The translations under genes were made by a program, and so were the position numbers. The notes beneath the pieces are model-generated. The model did no database searches, was not told the DNA's origin, and worked only from the letters and a program-made list of their open reading frames with translations. Below, in pieces: positions 60,345 through 64,000 of a DNA stretch of 64,000 nt (positions within the stretch are counted from its first letter, which is position 1; each line of letters starts with the position of its first letter). The DNA is taken from positions 12,457 to 76,456 of the forward strand of contig CASERQ010000004.1 of NCBI GenBank assembly GCA_949290395.1, given 5' to 3'. The stretch comes from an uncultured bacterium (GTDB lineage: Bacteria; Bacillota_I; Bacilli_A; RFN20; CAG-826).

Positions 60345-60366
60345 TGATAAAATGTAAGCGCTTACA
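60345..60366 (+). promoter_or_regulatory. Promoter of the permease/SBP operon with a second perfect cre palindrome TGTAAGCGCTTACA
   Basis: tgataaaat extended -10-like at 60345-60353; cre at 60353-60366; aaaaggacaaaac SD region follows. Confidence 0.6.
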
Positions 60367-60383
60367 TAAAAGGACAAAACAAA

Positions 60384-61346
60384 ATGGAAAGAACACTAAG
60401 ATTTGAAGACTTGGTAAGAAAGCCTAAAAACAGAACTTTTGCCAATAAGATTGGTTTGGTTTTAATTTTGATGGCTTTACCAGCTGTAGTTTATATATTT
60501 ATCTTTCATTACATGCCTTTAGAAGGGTTAATTATTGCTTTTAAAGATTATAATTCCTTCCAAGGTATGTTTAATTCTCCTTGGACAAGCATGGGTGGGT
60601 TCCAACATTTTTATAACTTCGTAACTTCACCTAATTTCTGGCAGATTTTGAGAAACACTTTAGTTTTAAGTGTCTTATCAATCTTGTTTAATTCACTTTT
60701 ACCAATTATCTTTGCTCTTTTCTTAAATGAAATCAGAGCAAAAGGATATAAAAAGACCATACAACTTATAATGTATGCTCCTTACTTTATTTCAACTGTT
60801 GTTTTAGTTGGTATGTTATTTGCTTTCTTTGATGCAGATAGTGGTATCTTTACAAACATTCTGGTTTCGTTAGGTTTTGAAAAACAAAACTTAATGGAAA
60901 ATCCAGATGCATTTGCAATGATTTATGTTTTAAGTGGCGTTTGGCAAGGTTTAGGTTGGTGGAGCATTGTTTATATGGGAACTTTAGCTAACGTCGATCC
61001 TAATTTACATGATGCTGCAATTATTGATGGTGCTGGCAGATTTAGAAGAATTTTCTATATCAATTTACCAGCAATCATCCCTATGGCAGTCATTATGTTT
61101 ATCATGTCAATCGGCAACATCTTAAATGTTGGATTTGAAAAAGTTTGGTTAATGCAACTTTCAACCAACTTATCAACGAGTGAAATCATATCGACTTATG
61201 TTTATAGAATTTCCTTCCCATCATTTGGATTACCTCAATTCTCTTATGCAACAGCTATTGGCTTATTTAACAGTGTTATCAATATCATAATTCTTTGGGC
61301 CGCTAACTTTATAAGTAAGAAAGTTAGTAACAATTCTCTTTGGTAG
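60384..61346 (+). CDS. Sugar ABC transporter permease (LplB/MalF-like)
   Basis: 6 TMs. EAA-loop region (IDGAGRFRRIFYINLPAI). Confidence 0.8.
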   Translation: MERTLRFEDLVRKPKNRTFANKIGLVLILMALPAVVYIFIFHYMPLEGLIIAFKDYNSFQGMFNSPWTSMGGFQHFYNFVTSPNFWQILRNTLVLSVLSILFNSLLPIIFALFLNEIRAKGYKKTIQLIMYAPYFISTVVLVGMLFAFFDADSGIFTNILVSLGFEKQNLMENPDAFAMIYVLSGVWQGLGWWSIVYMGTLANVDPNLHDAAIIDGAGRFRRIFYINLPAIIPMAVIMFIMSIGNILNVGFEKVWLMQLSTNLSTSEIISTYVYRISFPSFGLPQFSYATAIGLFNSVINIIILWAANFISKKVSNNSLW

Positions 61347-61355
61347 GTAGTAGTT

Positions 61356-62225
61356 ATGAATAGAAGAGCGACTAAAAAAGACAAAATATTTAATGGGATT
61401 CTCATGGCAGTCATGGGACTCATCGCAATCTTATTCTTAATACCATTAATTCACGTTCTTGCTTGTAGTTTTTCAAGCGCAGATCAAGTTGTTGCTGGTA
61501 ACGTTGGTTTGCTTCCAATAGATTTTACTATTGATGGATACAAAGAAGTTTTTAACGAAGAAAGTTTATCTCGTGGTTTCTTAAATTCTTTATTCTACAC
61601 AGCAGTTGGCACAATTATTCAAGTTACTCTCCAATTGCTTTGTGCTTATCCATTAAGTAGAAGAGATTTTAAAGGGAGAAAAATTCTTAATATATTCCTT
61701 GTTTTAACAATGTTTGTAAGTGGTGGAATGATTCCAACCTACTTGCTCATCTCTCAATTGCATATGATCAATACAATTTGGGCAATTATTATTCCTGGTT
61801 GTGTTAGCGTATTTAACATTATTGTTATTCGTACATATATTGAATCAAGTATTCCAAACGAAATCCAAGAAGCTGCAAAGATTGATGGATGTGGAGATTT
61901 TGCAATTTTCTTAAAGATAATTATTCCTCTTTCTAGACCAATAATTGCAGTTATGATTCTTTATGCGGTTGTCGGATATTGGAACAATTACTTCAATGCT
62001 TTACTTTATGTACAAGATACAAGTTTGTTCCCACTCCAAAAAGTTTTACAAGATTTATTAATCACTAATACCAGCAGTGTTGGTGGTGGTGATGTAGATA
62101 TTAATATGGCTGAACAATTAAAATACGTAACTATTGTTGTTAGTAGCTTACCACTTTTAGTTATTTATCCATTCTTCCAAAAATATTTTGAAAAAGGCGT
62201 TATTGTTGGGGGCGTTAAAGGTTAA
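61356..62225 (+). CDS. Sugar ABC transporter permease (LplC/MalG-like)
   Basis: 6 TMs. EAA motif EAAKIDGCGDFAIFLKIIIPL. Confidence 0.8.
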   Translation: MNRRATKKDKIFNGILMAVMGLIAILFLIPLIHVLACSFSSADQVVAGNVGLLPIDFTIDGYKEVFNEESLSRGFLNSLFYTAVGTIIQVTLQLLCAYPLSRRDFKGRKILNIFLVLTMFVSGGMIPTYLLISQLHMINTIWAIIIPGCVSVFNIIVIRTYIESSIPNEIQEAAKIDGCGDFAIFLKIIIPLSRPIIAVMILYAVVGYWNNYFNALLYVQDTSLFPLQKVLQDLLITNTSSVGGGDVDINMAEQLKYVTIVVSSLPLLVIYPFFQKYFEKGVIVGGVKG

Positions 62226-62239
62226 TCGGAGGCTCATTT

Positions 62240-63964
62240 ATGAAAAAAAGTTGTTTGTTAGTTTTATTAGGCGTTGCGCTCAGTGGAATAACACTAGCAA
62301 GTTGTGGAGGAAGTAATGCAACTGGATATAATCCAGATAACTTCCTACCAAATGGTACAGCAGAGAATCCTTATCAAATTGTTAAGGAACCTGTTACTAT
62401 CGAAATTTTTGCACCACATAGCGCAGGAAATCCTGAATATAACACTCTTAAAATGTTCACTCATTTAGAGAAAATTACTAATTTAAAATTCAATTTTACA
62501 ACTGTTGATACAGGTGGATATGCAAATAGAAGAGCTTCTATTTGGGAAGATGCAAACTATAAACCTGATTTATTCTTATTTAATAATCCAATTGCAGAGC
62601 AAGTTCAATTCCAAGAAATGGGATTTAACGCTTTTGTTCCTTTTAATGATACTAACTATACAATTAAACCTGGAACAACTATAGCTGGCGTTAGTCAAGA
62701 AGTTCAAGTTGGGAGTCTTATTGATAATTATATGCCTAACTATAAAGCAGGACTTGAAAGTAACTGGGGAGTTGATAGAGCTAAAGAAGATGCAGAAGCT
62801 ATTGCAACATTAAAAGATGGCAAAATGTATTGCTCTTTATCGGTTAAGACTGTTCCAAGAGATTTAACATTTAAAATGTTTATTAATGAAACTTGGATTA
62901 ACAATTTAAATTCCCGTTATAACTTAGGATTGAAATCACCAGATGAAATTAAAACAATTGAAGATTATTTAGAAATCTTAAGAGCATTTAAACAATATGA
63001 CGCTAACCAAAATGGTGATCCAAATGATGAAGTTCCTGTTACTTCAAAGTCTTTAGAATACTTAAGAAACTTTATTCTTGCTTCTTATGGATATGTCCAA
63101 GGTGGCGTTGAAATTGAAAATGATGGAAGTGCATTTACGTATGTTCCTTATACTGAAGCTTATAGAAATTATTTAAAAATTGCTAATACGATGTGGACTG
63201 AAGGCTTAATGGATGCTTCAACTTTCTCAATCACAACTGATGCGCAAATGGCAACAAAAGGCCAGCAAGGTGTTTTAGGAAGCTTTTCAAGCGCTGCTCC
63301 TTATATTGCAGTTGGCTATGAATATGATGATCAATATAAAGCTTTTGGCCCTTTAACAAGTGAATACTATACTGGTACACCATTACAACTTGGTTATGGC
63401 ACATTTATTCCAGATGGTGCATGTATTCCTCAAACTAGTGCTTATGTTAGAGAAGTTGCTAGATTACTCGACATTATGTATAGCGATTTAGGAGCTCAAC
63501 TTATTTCTTATGGTGTTGAAAACGAAGACTGGACCTGGGATGATGCTGATCATACATCTTGGACATTCCACGTCCCTGATACTTGGACTGGAAACCAAGA
63601 AGATTATAGAGCAACTATAACTCCAAACGTTGGTAGTGGTAGTGCTTTATTCTGGGACAATGAGTTTGTTGGAAAAATGAACGATGATATTATCGAAGAC
63701 TTAAATGCAATGAGCGAAAGATATATGCCTTATCTTAAAGTTCCAGAACCATCAAATTATAAATTTACAAGTACAGAATATAATGAAATTTCTCGTATTA
63801 AAGCTGCTTTAGATCCTCAACTTGAATACTTAGAAGCAAGTTTTATTAGAGGCGAAAGAGATCCATATAATGATGCGGATTGGGAAGCCTTCAAAACTGC
63901 TTTAAAAGGATATGGAGCAGACGAATTACTTGGATATTATAATACAATGTTATCAAGGTACTGA
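62240..63964 (+). CDS. Extracellular solute-binding lipoprotein (family 1, LplA-like) for the ABC sugar transporter
   Basis: Signal peptide with lipobox LASC. 574 aa. Immediately follows the two permeases. Confidence 0.75.
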   Translation: MKKSCLLVLLGVALSGITLASCGGSNATGYNPDNFLPNGTAENPYQIVKEPVTIEIFAPHSAGNPEYNTLKMFTHLEKITNLKFNFTTVDTGGYANRRASIWEDANYKPDLFLFNNPIAEQVQFQEMGFNAFVPFNDTNYTIKPGTTIAGVSQEVQVGSLIDNYMPNYKAGLESNWGVDRAKEDAEAIATLKDGKMYCSLSVKTVPRDLTFKMFINETWINNLNSRYNLGLKSPDEIKTIEDYLEILRAFKQYDANQNGDPNDEVPVTSKSLEYLRNFILASYGYVQGGVEIENDGSAFTYVPYTEAYRNYLKIANTMWTEGLMDASTFSITTDAQMATKGQQGVLGSFSSAAPYIAVGYEYDDQYKAFGPLTSEYYTGTPLQLGYGTFIPDGACIPQTSAYVREVARLLDIMYSDLGAQLISYGVENEDWTWDDADHTSWTFHVPDTWTGNQEDYRATITPNVGSGSALFWDNEFVGKMNDDIIEDLNAMSERYMPYLKVPEPSNYKFTSTEYNEISRIKAALDPQLEYLEASFIRGERDPYNDADWEAFKTALKGYGADELLGYYNTMLSRY

Positions 63965-63966
63965 TT

Positions 63967-64000
63967 ATGAAACTTAAGAAAATAGCGTTGTTTTGCACGA
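63967..64000 (+). CDS. 5' end of a further ORF (MKLKKIALFCT...), truncated by the window
   Basis: ATG 3 nt after the upstream stop. Only 11 codons visible. Confidence 0.3.
   Translation, partial: MKLKKIALFCT

Noticed and set aside
1-64000. Mycoplasma-type genetic code (TGA = Trp)
   Set aside because: Long housekeeping ORFs (UvrA, TypA, GltX, RhaA) are full-length under the standard code. Several genes end in TGA (e.g. 14941-14943). The standard code fits, consistent with an Acholeplasma/Erysipelotrichia-like rather than Mycoplasma-like organism.

Overview
The window reads as a low-GC (about 30% GC) Firmicutes/Mollicutes-like chromosome segment using the standard genetic code. TGA acts as a stop, and long housekeeping ORFs (UvrA 953 aa, TypA, GltX) are intact. 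The organism guess (Acholeplasma-/Erysipelotrichia-like) is inference only.

Most of the window is ordinary core genome:
- four paralogous MacB/FtsX-type ABC exporters, three of them with ATPase and permease fused and with very large extracytoplasmic domains;
- an ECF sigma/anti-sigma pair;
- the housekeeping genes typA, uvrA, lgt plus a PpaX-like HAD hydrolase, ychF, ispF, gltX, rpoE (RNA polymerase delta), fba, an inositol monophosphatase family gene, an ABC-2 exporter and an Nfu-type Fe-S protein;
- a five-tRNA operon (Val-Tyr-Gln-Lys-Leu) with a clear sigma-70 promoter;
- a minus-strand operon HAD-ispD-S1-pgi;
- pepF, a TSCPD protein, a PduL-type phosphate acyltransferase, and a tRNA-Leu(GAG).

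Directly downstream of tRNA-Leu(GAG) lies an accessory island of about 14.5 kb (roughly 37.96-52.65 kb) made up almost entirely of hypothetical proteins.
- It is bracketed by two paralogous soluble (TM-less) FtsH-like AAA+/M41 zinc-protease genes. Each sits in a mini-operon with an uncharacterised partner protein.
- It also contains a macro-domain-like protein, one or two WYL/HTH-like putative regulators, and a GC-enriched candidate structured RNA of about 575 nt with its own promoter and terminator.
- It has the hallmarks of a tRNA-associated defence or stress island and is the best candidate for an undescribed system.

The 3' end of the window is an L-rhamnose catabolic cluster: rhaB-rhaA-rhaD, an MsmK-like ATPase with coiled-coil insertions, an RDD membrane protein, a divergent AraC regulator, and ABC permeases with a lipoprotein solute-binding protein. 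Two of its promoters carry perfect consensus CcpA cre palindromes (TGTAAGCGCTTACA).

Other items worth a second look: a GC-rich structured element with a small Fst-like hydrophobic ORF at 3.38-3.72 kb; a tandem iteron-like repeat with a 32-33 nt period upstream of a COG1373 AAA+ gene; and a terminator hairpin that sequesters the RBS of the following ABC gene.
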